The notes under the pieces: model-generated
Told to the model about the DNA's origin: nothing
Seen by the model: only the letters and a program-made list of their open reading frames with translations
The model's database searches: none
Assembly: GCA_023957245.1 (NCBI GenBank)
Contig: JAMLHJ010000004.1
Coordinates: forward strand, 78,970 to 142,969
Length of the DNA: 64,000 nt
Reading direction: 5' to 3'
From: Chitinophagales bacterium
GTDB taxonomy: Bacteria > Bacteroidota > Bacteroidia > Chitinophagales > JADIYW01
Position numbers and translations under genes: made by a program
In this document: piece after piece, positions 10,376-18,133 of the stretch
How positions within the stretch are numbered: position 1 is the stretch's first letter
Layout of the letters: the number at the start of each line of letters is the position of its first letter

Positions 10376-10642
10376 ATGCTAACAGCAGAAAGAAAAAAAG
10401 AAATTTTCAAAGAATTTGGAGGTTCAGAGACAAATACAGGTTCTGTAGAGTCTCAAGTAGCTATGATTACAGCACGTATTGCGATGCTTTCTGATCATTT
10501 GAAAACACACAGAAAAGATTTCTCAACTACTCGTTCTTTGTACAAATTGGTAGGACAAAGAAAAAAAATGTTGAAATATCTATCTAATACCGATATTCAA
10601 CGTTATAGAGCTTTAATTGAAAAGCTTAACTTACGTAAGTAG
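10376..10642 (+). CDS. rpsO: 30S ribosomal protein S15
   Basis: 88-aa ORF, S15 family (HLKTHRKDFSTTRSL, GQRKKMLKYL), in the conserved rpsO-pnp arrangement. Confidence 0.95.
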   Translation: MLTAERKKEIFKEFGGSETNTGSVESQVAMITARIAMLSDHLKTHRKDFSTTRSLYKLVGQRKKMLKYLSNTDIQRYRALIEKLNLRK

Positions 10643-10660
10643 TTTAACCCAAATAATAAG

Positions 10661-10692
10661 AAGCGAGGACTGTAAATTAGCCTCGCTTTTTT
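10661..10692 (+). terminator. intrinsic terminator / pnp leader hairpin after rpsO
   Basis: AAGCGAGG / CCTCGCTT stem, 12-nt loop, followed by TTTTTT. Confidence 0.7.
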
Positions 10693-10716
10693 GTATTTCA
10701 TAAAATGTAGAAATCG

Positions 10717-12861
10717 ATGAATTTTAATATATTTTCAAAAACATTTGACATCGGTAACGGTGAAAATGTGACAATTGAGACTGGCAAGTTAGCTAGACAA
10801 GCCGATGGAAGTGTCGTTGTCAGATGTGGCAATACAATGGTATTAGCTACAGTGGTAGCTGCAAAAGAAGCAAAACCTGGACAAGGTTTTTTCCCTCTTT
10901 CTGTAGATTACCAAGAAAAATTTGCAGCAAGTGGTCGTATCCCTGGTTCTTTTCAAAGAAGAGAAACTAGAATTACTGACCCAGAGATTTTAGTAAGTAG
11001 ATTGGTGGATAGAGCAATCCGTCCATTGTTTCCTGAAGGATTTTTGAATGAAACTCAAATATTAATTTCTGTTATCTCTCAAGATCCTGAGATTCCGGGT
11101 GAGAATATTGCAGGATTGGCTGCATCTGCTGCACTTGCAGTTTCTGATGTTCCTTTTTTAGAGCCTATCTCTGAAGTGAGAGTATGTAAGATTGATGGTG
11201 AATATGTTGTCAATCCTAAAAATACGGATGCTTTAAGAGCTACTTTAGACATTATGTTGGGTGCTACTGAAGAGAATATCTTGATGGTAGAAGGTGAAGG
11301 CCTTGAAGTTCAAGAAGAAGAATTAGTAGAAGCTATTTTGGCTGGACATAAAGCAATTAAAGTACATTGCCAAGCTCAACGTGCTCTTGCTCAAGAAATT
11401 GGAGTGGTGAAAAGAGAATTTGTTGCTGATGTATTACCAGAAGATTTAGAAAGCCGTGTTGCGGCTGCTTGTGAAGCAGGTATCACTAAAGTTGCTCAAT
11501 CTGCACTCAGCAAACAAGATAGAAAAGCACAATTGAAAGAAGTGAAAAGCGCATTCCTTGAAAGTATTTCAGAGGAAGAAGCGGAAACTTTTGATTATAA
11601 ATCTTTTGAAGAAATTTATAGTAATCTTGAGTGGTCAACAATTAGAAATGTTGTTTTAAAAGATAGAGTGAGATTAGATGGTCGTCAGTTGGATGAGATT
11701 CGTCCGTTGGCAATGGAAATAGATTATCTACCTTCTCCTCATGGTTCTTCTTTATTTACTAGAGGCGAAACACAATCTTTGACAACAGTTACTTTGGGTT
11801 CTAAGCAAGATGAGCAATTAGTAGATAAGGCAGCAGGAGTAGAATTTAAAAAATTCATGTTGCATTACAACTTTCCTCCATTTTGTACGGGAGAAGTAAA
11901 ACCTCAAAGAGGTCCTTCAAGAAGAGAGGTAGGACATGCTAATTTGGCTTGGAGATCATTGAAAAATATGTTACCTCCTAATAGTGAAAATCCTTATACT
12001 ATTCGTGTTGTTTCAGATATTTTGGAGTCAAATGGTTCTTCATCTATGGCCACTGTTTGTGCTGGTTCGCTAGCGTTGATGGACGCTGGACTTCAAGTGA
12101 AGAAACACGTTTCTGGTATTGCAATGGGAATGATATCAAAAGGTAGTGACTATGCAATCTTGTCTGATATTCTTGGAGATGAAGATCATTTAGGGGATAT
12201 GGACTTTAAAGTAACAGGTACTCGTGATGGTATCACTGGTTGTCAAATGGACATTAAAGTAGATGGTCTTTCTATGGATGTTCTGAGAGAAGCATTGGAG
12301 CAAGCAAAGCGTGGTAGAATGCATATTCTTAATCACATGTATGCTTGTATAGATGCACCTAGACCTGAATTGAAACCTCATACTCCTAGAGCACATGTAA
12401 TGGAAATACCTAAAGAATTTATCGGTGCTGTAATAGGCCCAGGTGGTAAAATTATTCAAGGTATGCAGGAAGAAACTAATACTGAAATTACTATCGAAGA
12501 AATAAAGGAATTGGGTATTGGGCGTATCATCATCTTGTCTAATAATAAAGACAATATGGATAAAGCTATCAGAAAGATTAAAGGAATTGTTGCTGTTCCA
12601 GAAGTGGGAGAGGTGTATGATGCAGAAGTGAAAAGTATTGTTGCTTTTGGTGCTTTTGTTGAATTCATGCCAGGCAAACAAGGATTGTTGCATATCTCTG
12701 AAATATCTCATTCCAGATTAGAAACGATGGAAGGAGTATTGAAAGAAGGTGACCAAATTCAAGTGAAATTAATCGGCACTGATCCAAAAACTGGCAAATT
12801 CAAATTGAGCCACAAAGTTTTAATACCAAGACCTGAAAAGAAAAAACCTGAAGGGGAATAG
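10717..12861 (+). CDS. pnp: polyribonucleotide nucleotidyltransferase (PNPase)
   Basis: 714 aa with two RNase PH domains plus KH and S1 (GEVYDAEVKSIVAFGAFVEF) domains. Confidence 0.97.
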   Translation: MNFNIFSKTFDIGNGENVTIETGKLARQADGSVVVRCGNTMVLATVVAAKEAKPGQGFFPLSVDYQEKFAASGRIPGSFQRRETRITDPEILVSRLVDRAIRPLFPEGFLNETQILISVISQDPEIPGENIAGLAASAALAVSDVPFLEPISEVRVCKIDGEYVVNPKNTDALRATLDIMLGATEENILMVEGEGLEVQEEELVEAILAGHKAIKVHCQAQRALAQEIGVVKREFVADVLPEDLESRVAAACEAGITKVAQSALSKQDRKAQLKEVKSAFLESISEEEAETFDYKSFEEIYSNLEWSTIRNVVLKDRVRLDGRQLDEIRPLAMEIDYLPSPHGSSLFTRGETQSLTTVTLGSKQDEQLVDKAAGVEFKKFMLHYNFPPFCTGEVKPQRGPSRREVGHANLAWRSLKNMLPPNSENPYTIRVVSDILESNGSSSMATVCAGSLALMDAGLQVKKHVSGIAMGMISKGSDYAILSDILGDEDHLGDMDFKVTGTRDGITGCQMDIKVDGLSMDVLREALEQAKRGRMHILNHMYACIDAPRPELKPHTPRAHVMEIPKEFIGAVIGPGGKIIQGMQEETNTEITIEEIKELGIGRIIILSNNKDNMDKAIRKIKGIVAVPEVGEVYDAEVKSIVAFGAFVEFMPGKQGLLHISEISHSRLETMEGVLKEGDQIQVKLIGTDPKTGKFKLSHKVLIPRPEKKKPEGE

Positions 12862-12884
12862 TCTTTTTAGAAAATAATAATATT

Positions 12885-12913
12885 AAGGGTTGCCGTTGGG
12901 TAACCCTTTTTTT
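12885..12913. terminator. intrinsic terminator between convergent pnp and the NRDE gene
   Basis: AAGGGTTGCC / GGTAACCCTT stem, GTTG loop, followed by TTTTT. Confidence 0.7.
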
Positions 12914-13658
12914 ATGGAATCTGAAATTGAACTATGGTATTTGATAAAGTATCTTTTTCAATAACACTCATCTGATTTTGAGCATTCAAAGTAATTATAG
13001 AGTGAACTCTAGTGCCGTAAATCGGAGAATGAATACAGATAGGTGATAATATTTTTTCCATTTCAAGCCCTACTCCTGTATGTGGTAATTTTTCGATAGG
13101 AAATTGTGTAGGATTTTCTAGTATTTTTAAAAAATCTTCAGTATTCAATTTCTTATCATCTATTAATGATTGTAATGATGATTTTATTTGAATGACTTTC
13201 GGCCAAGGAGTATCTAGAAAGGCATTACTTAAACCATATAATCCAGACTCTAACTTTTTGATTTCTTTGGAAATATTGGAATAATAATAAGTGTCTTTGC
13301 CATTGTGATAAATAAGGTTGAATCCATTCATTTTACTCCATTCACTTTGCTGGCTTTGTACAAATCTCTCAAAATTTGAAGATGCATACTTTAATACATC
13401 TATTGGAATAGAACCTCTGCTTGGTGCATCTGTTCGCATAGATTTTGGGTCTCTATAATTTGTGACACTAGCAAAATGTTTATCAGTATTAATAGCCAAC
13501 CAAGTTCCTCCTCCTTGTAAGTCTTTTCCTGCTAGAATAGCTTCGTCTTTCCACCAATGCATAGCCGAGGCTTTTCTATTGTAAAATTCATCTCTGTTAG
13601 CAAGTAGAATAATAGGGTATTGTGGACTTTGCTGGAGGGCGATAGTAATTAAACACAT
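12912..13658 (-). CDS. NRDE-family protein (TANGO2-like)
   Basis: 248 aa with N-terminal MCLI... and the family-defining LLANRDEF motif. Confidence 0.8.
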   Translation of the reverse strand: MCLITIALQQSPQYPIILLANRDEFYNRKASAMHWWKDEAILAGKDLQGGGTWLAINTDKHFASVTNYRDPKSMRTDAPSRGSIPIDVLKYASSNFERFVQSQQSEWSKMNGFNLIYHNGKDTYYYSNISKEIKKLESGLYGLSNAFLDTPWPKVIQIKSSLQSLIDDKKLNTEDFLKILENPTQFPIEKLPHTGVGLEMEKILSPICIHSPIYGTRVHSIITLNAQNQMSVIEKDTLSNTIVQFQIP

Positions 13659-13727
13659 AGTATCTAATTTAATTTTTTATCTCCATTTTTTGTATCGTTA
13701 GTTTTAATTTTTTCTTTAATTAAAAAA

Positions 13728-13745
13728 TACAATGCATACATTGTA
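13728..13745. promoter_or_regulatory. candidate operator: 7-4-7 palindrome TACAATG-CATA-CATTGTA
   Basis: Perfect inverted repeat ending 35 nt upstream of the ATG of paralogue 1. A near-identical site sits at equivalent spacing upstream of paralogue 2. Confidence 0.45.
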
Positions 13746-13779
13746 AAATAGAATTTCTTATATTTAGCTTAAATAGTAA

Positions 13780-14649
13780 ATGTTCATGAGTGCTTTTGCA
13801 GATAATATTAAAGTTAGAAATGTAAAGTTTGAGTTCGGGAATGTTCCTAAGCATTGGATATTGAACAATCCTTTTGCAACACATTTTGTGAATAGTATGC
13901 ATGTTGTATTTCCTGAAGGTGAGAAGTTTTTTGTTCGTAGTGTGAGAAGATTTGAGAAAGAAGTCAAAAATCAACAGCTTAAAAAAGATATAAAAGGATT
14001 TTGTGGACAAGAAGGTATTCATGCACGTGAGCACCAAAGGTTTTGGGAGGTGATGAGTGAGCAAGGTTTAAAGCCTGAGAAGTTTGCCAATTTCTTGAAT
14101 ACTTATATGTTTAAGAAGCAGTATAGCGTGGAGGGAATGATTGTTAATAGTTTGAATTGGATTTCTCCACGATTAGGTGATAAAATGGCATTGTCTATTA
14201 CCACAGGATTGGAGCATTATACTGCTATTATTGCCAAAGCAGTATTTGAAGAGCCAATATTGACCAATAAGAGAATAGCTCCTGAAATGATAGAATTAAT
14301 GCATTGGCATGCTTGTGAAGAAATAGAGCATAAAGCGGTTTGCTTTGATGTATTGAAAGAAATTGATGATGATTATTTATTACGTGTTTCTGGTATGGTC
14401 ATTGCTTCTTTATTGTTATTTGGTAATATAGGTATAGGTACTGCTTATTTTCTTTGGAATGATACTGATTTGAATATGAAAGAAGTTAAAGGTCAAGCAT
14501 CAGAAGTAAATAATTCTATTGTTTTTGATAAAATTCGTAAAGAGTTTGCTGAGAATTTAATGAGTTATTTTAAAAGAGATTTCCATCCTAATGATATTGA
14601 AGAGTCAGATATTGTTAAACAATTCTTCTCAGATAAATCTTATGCATAA
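13780..14649 (+). CDS. PF10118/COG3687-type 'predicted metal-dependent hydrolase', paralogue 1
   Basis: 289 aa. Conserved blocks shared by all three paralogues: FPxGE[KR]FF, FCGQEGIH, GLEH[YF]TA, W H x x EEIEHK, F[KF]xxFHPxD. Confidence 0.7.
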   Translation: MFMSAFADNIKVRNVKFEFGNVPKHWILNNPFATHFVNSMHVVFPEGEKFFVRSVRRFEKEVKNQQLKKDIKGFCGQEGIHAREHQRFWEVMSEQGLKPEKFANFLNTYMFKKQYSVEGMIVNSLNWISPRLGDKMALSITTGLEHYTAIIAKAVFEEPILTNKRIAPEMIELMHWHACEEIEHKAVCFDVLKEIDDDYLLRVSGMVIASLLLFGNIGIGTAYFLWNDTDLNMKEVKGQASEVNNSIVFDKIRKEFAENLMSYFKRDFHPNDIEESDIVKQFFSDKSYA

Positions 14650-14696
14650 TGTGTTTTATCAATCACCGAAAATAGTGATTCATGCAAATTTAACAT

Positions 14697-14714
14697 TACT
14701 ATGCATGCATTGTA
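14697..14714. promoter_or_regulatory. candidate operator: TACTATG-CATG-CATTGTA
   Basis: Same palindrome as 13728-13745 with one arm mismatch. It ends 38 nt upstream of the ATG of paralogue 2. Confidence 0.45.
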
Positions 14715-14751
14715 AATAAATATTGAGTAAATTTAAACTAAACTAATAGCT

Positions 14752-15657
14752 ATGGCGACAACAACAAAAAAGGCACCAGCTAATGCTTCTGCTGGTAATC
14801 AGGAAAAAGAAGCTAAGAAGTATGATCATGAAGAGGTCAAAGTAAGAAGGGTGAATTTTTCTTTCGATAAAGAAACTCCTCGTTTTTATTACAAAAACAA
14901 TCCTTTCAGTACTCACTTCATCAATACACTTCATATCTTATTTCCAACTGGCGAACGTTTTTTTGTTAATGCAACTTTAAAACATCAAAAAGAGATTAAA
15001 GATGAAAAGTTGAAAAAGCAAGTCAGAAACTTTTGTGGACAAGAAGGAATCCACTCATCTATGCATGAAAGATTTTGGAATATCTTGAGATCTGGAGGTT
15101 ATGATTTCCAAGGATATGAAGATCATATTGATAACCTCTTGCATAAAATTGTTGCAAAGATTGAGATTGAAGGCACTAAAATCAATAATATTGACCTAGT
15201 AGCTACTGTTTGTCTAGAGCATTTTACTGCTTTATTTGGACATGCGATTTTCAAGCATATAGATGTGACTCCATCAGCTGCTCCAGAAGATGTAGCCGAA
15301 TTGTTCCAATGGCATGCTGCTGAAGAGATTGAGCACAAACATGTTGCTTTTGATGTGCTTAATCTTGTAGATAAAGATGCTTATGTGAAAAAAGTAGCAT
15401 TGATGCCTATCGTGACTGCAGTATTGTACTTCTATTTGGGAATAGGAACATTTATGTTGATGTATCAAGATAGACAAAGACTTGAAGTCACTAAATTACC
15501 TAAACAGTTTTATGAATTTGCGACTGGATTATTCGCTGAATTACATGGTGAAATGGTAAGTGACTTCTTCAAATTCTTTAAAAGAGACTTTCACCCATCA
15601 GATGTAGATGATTATTATCTAGCAGAAGAGTTTTTTAAAGACAAAGCATACGCATAG
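14752..15657 (+). CDS. PF10118/COG3687-type 'predicted metal-dependent hydrolase', paralogue 2 (divergent)
   Basis: 301 aa. Same conserved blocks as paralogues 1 and 3, but a different N-terminus (Lys/Ala-rich) and visibly lower identity. Confidence 0.7.
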   Translation: MATTTKKAPANASAGNQEKEAKKYDHEEVKVRRVNFSFDKETPRFYYKNNPFSTHFINTLHILFPTGERFFVNATLKHQKEIKDEKLKKQVRNFCGQEGIHSSMHERFWNILRSGGYDFQGYEDHIDNLLHKIVAKIEIEGTKINNIDLVATVCLEHFTALFGHAIFKHIDVTPSAAPEDVAELFQWHAAEEIEHKHVAFDVLNLVDKDAYVKKVALMPIVTAVLYFYLGIGTFMLMYQDRQRLEVTKLPKQFYEFATGLFAELHGEMVSDFFKFFKRDFHPSDVDDYYLAEEFFKDKAYA

Positions 15658-15681
15658 TATAGCATTAAATATCTTTTGAAG

Positions 15682-15742
15682 ATGTAGCTTAGCTAAGAGT
15701 AGATTCAGATTTGAATTTTTCTTGGATAAGCTACATTTTTTT
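15682..15742 (+). terminator. long hairpin + T7 between paralogues 2 and 3
   Basis: ATGTAGCTTA / TAAGCTACAT perfect 10-bp stem, extendable by CTAAGA / TCTTGG, then TTTTTTT. It ends 16 nt before the ATG of paralogue 3. Confidence 0.45.
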
Positions 15743-15757
15743 ATTACCTTTTAAAAA

Positions 15758-16627
15758 ATGTTTGAAATGGAAAATGTGAATGATATTAAAGTGAGAAATA
15801 TTTCTTTCTCTTTTGATGATGTACCTAAACATTGGGTATTGGGCAATCCAATTATGACACATTTCTCCAATAGTATGCATATTGTATTTCCTGGAGGTGA
15901 GAAATTTTTTGTGAGAAGTGTAAGGAAATTTTCTAAAGAAATTAAAAACCAAAAGTTAGCTAAAGATATAAAAGGTTTCTGTGGTCAAGAAGGTATCCAT
16001 GCTCGTGAACATGAAAGATTTTGGGATATTATGGAAGCTCAAGGTTTGAACCCTGATAGATTTGCAAAAGCACTTAATAAAGTTGCTTTCACTGGAAAGT
16101 GGAGTTTAGAAAATATAATCGTTAAAAGTTTAAATAGAATTTCTCCACGATTGGGAGATAAAATGACACTTTCAGTTACTGCAGGACTAGAACATTATAC
16201 TGCAATCCTTGCTCATGCATTATTTAATGAGCCAATTTCTACCAATAAAAAATTAGCTCCCCAAATGCTAGAGTTAATGTATTGGCATGCATCAGAGGAA
16301 ATTGAACATAAAGCAGTCTGTTTTGATGTGTTAAAAGAAATTGATGATGATTATTTTTTAAGAATAGCAGGATATAGTATTGCTTCAATCGTTTTGTGGA
16401 CGGCTTTAGGCACAGGACAAGCGTACTTTATTTCTCAAGATAAAGATATTCAATTGAAAAGTGTGCCTTCTCATATTAGAGAATTTATTCAGGAGATTGT
16501 ATTGGGAGAAACAGGTAAAGGCTTGTCAAAAAATATGTTCAGTTATTTTAAACCCAATTTTCATCCTGATGATATTGATGATAGGCATTTAGCGGCTACA
16601 TTTTTTAGCAATAAATCTTATGGATAA
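15758..16627 (+). CDS. PF10118/COG3687-type 'predicted metal-dependent hydrolase', paralogue 3
   Basis: 289 aa, collinear with and clearly closest to paralogue 1 (for example ISPRLGDKM, KAVCFDVLKEIDDDY are identical). Confidence 0.7.
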   Translation: MFEMENVNDIKVRNISFSFDDVPKHWVLGNPIMTHFSNSMHIVFPGGEKFFVRSVRKFSKEIKNQKLAKDIKGFCGQEGIHAREHERFWDIMEAQGLNPDRFAKALNKVAFTGKWSLENIIVKSLNRISPRLGDKMTLSVTAGLEHYTAILAHALFNEPISTNKKLAPQMLELMYWHASEEIEHKAVCFDVLKEIDDDYFLRIAGYSIASIVLWTALGTGQAYFISQDKDIQLKSVPSHIREFIQEIVLGETGKGLSKNMFSYFKPNFHPDDIDDRHLAATFFSNKSYG

Positions 16628-16657
16628 CTAAATTATCGGAGTAAGATCAATATTTAA

Positions 16658-17200
16658 TTAGCTTCCCAATTTGTTTAAACTCTTCGTATTGCCAAATAAT
16701 TCTTCAGACTTTTTGTTGTAAGCTTCTGCTGCATCTGTAGCACTTCCATAAAGCCCAAGATCAATACGTTTCTTTTGGTTGTACAAAACTGCTCTATATC
16801 TGTTTTTGCTGACTTTAACTACACCTCTATAACCAGTAAGATTAGTAGTGTTTTTTTGATATCTTCTCAATTCGGACATCTCTACCCATTCTAGATTTTC
16901 TATTCGACAATCAAGAGGATTGCCATTTTTTAATCTGACGAATAATTTTTTAGTGCTATCAGGTTTTGCTAAAAATCTTTGAGCACATGCTTTATGGACA
17001 TAAATGGTTACATTTTTATAGGTCTCATCTTCCAAAGGATAATTTTTTTGAAAAAAAGCATAACCACTAGAATGTAGTCTTAGGTGACTCAAAAATTGAA
17101 TCTGTGTAAAATATTCCGTTTCTGTGAAATATCGATATTCTCTTTCAGAGAGTAAAACAAATTTGTTCTCTGCATTCTTAAGTTTAACCTTATAAAGCAT
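16658..17200 (-). CDS. AP2-domain DNA-binding protein with degenerate HNH_3-like module
   Basis: 180 aa. The C-terminal YRGVVKVSKNRYRAVLYNQKKRIDLGLYGSATDAAEAYNKKSEELFG fits the AP2/ERF domain pattern. The preceding LKNGNPLDCRIENLEWV fits the HNH_3 pattern, but Arg replaces the first catalytic His. Confidence 0.7.
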   Translation of the reverse strand: MLYKVKLKNAENKFVLLSEREYRYFTETEYFTQIQFLSHLRLHSSGYAFFQKNYPLEDETYKNVTIYVHKACAQRFLAKPDSTKKLFVRLKNGNPLDCRIENLEWVEMSELRRYQKNTTNLTGYRGVVKVSKNRYRAVLYNQKKRIDLGLYGSATDAAEAYNKKSEELFGNTKSLNKLGS

Positions 17201-17397
17201 GCTAATAGGTTTAAAGATTAATAATCTAGGTGTTAAATATTGTGTATTACAACATGCGACTATTATTTAGAACGATTTTAAATCTTTTTAGTTTCAATTA
17301 TTCGTTATTTTTTCACATTTCTTATGTAGAATGATTATAAAGTAGCGAGTTTAATAATTTTTTTAACTTAATTTTTTCGCTTTGCTTTTGTATAAAT

Positions 17398-17405
17398 TAA
17401 CTTTG
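17398..17405 (+). promoter_or_regulatory. -7 promoter box (TAACTTTG) for sdhC
   Basis: TAnnTTTG match 27 nt upstream of the sdhC ATG. Confidence 0.45.
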
Positions 17406-17431
17406 TACGGTCTTTTAATTAAAGGTTATTT

Positions 17432-18112
17432 ATGGCAAGTTCAAATTTCTTAACATCTTCTGTCGGAAAGAAGGTGGTGATGGGAGCTACAGGTTTTTTT
17501 CTTATTAGTTTCCTAATTATTCATGTTTCTATCAATTCTCTGATTTTTTTAGATATTCTCGATTCCAATGAGAATGGTGCGGCTTTTAATACAGGTGCGT
17601 ACTTTATGTCTCATAACTGGGTGGTGAGAGTATTAGAAGTAGGGTTGTTTTTAGGCTTACTAGCTCATGCAGTTCAAGGCGTAAAATTGACTATTGAGAA
17701 TAGAAGCAAACGTCCAGTGAAATATGCTGTGTACGATGGTAATGCCAATTCAAAATGGTATAGCCGTTCAATGGGACTTTTGGGTTCTTTAATTTTGATG
17801 TTTTTGGTGGTGCATTTAGCCAATTTTTGGTATCCTACTAAAGTGGCTCTTTTTGAAGGACATGAGCACGATACATTTCAAAATATTGTAAGTGTATTTA
17901 AAAATCCAATCTTAGTAGTTATCTATTTAGTTGGGGTGGTTTCATTATGTTTTCACTTGATGCATGGTTTCCAAAGTGCATTCAGAACATTTGGATTAGT
18001 TCATAAAAAATACACTCCGATGATTATCTCAATTGGTGTTGGTTTTTCAATTGTAGTATGTACATTATTTGCATTAATGCCGATTTTAGTATTTGCTGGT
18101 CTCATTTCATAA
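17432..18112 (+). CDS. sdhC: succinate dehydrogenase / fumarate reductase cytochrome b subunit (b558 type)
   Basis: 226 aa with five hydrophobic helices and conserved His residues. It is the first gene of an sdhCAB-type operon. Confidence 0.85.
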   Translation: MASSNFLTSSVGKKVVMGATGFFLISFLIIHVSINSLIFLDILDSNENGAAFNTGAYFMSHNWVVRVLEVGLFLGLLAHAVQGVKLTIENRSKRPVKYAVYDGNANSKWYSRSMGLLGSLILMFLVVHLANFWYPTKVALFEGHEHDTFQNIVSVFKNPILVVIYLVGVVSLCFHLMHGFQSAFRTFGLVHKKYTPMIISIGVGFSIVVCTLFALMPILVFAGLIS

Positions 18113-18133
18113 TTAAATTTCAAAAGATTAAAA

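Noticed and set aside
12190-12711. 173-aa and 73-aa minus-strand ORFs inside pnp.
   Set aside because: They are antisense to a full-length, well-conserved PNPase and have no recognisable features.
13720-14064. 114-aa minus-strand ORF (with nested 13764-13967) that resembles another minus-strand ORF at 15731-15952 (…RKYNMHTI…QYPM…).
   Set aside because: The mutual similarity simply mirrors the paralogy of the plus-strand PF10118 genes they overlap. Both are antisense shadows.
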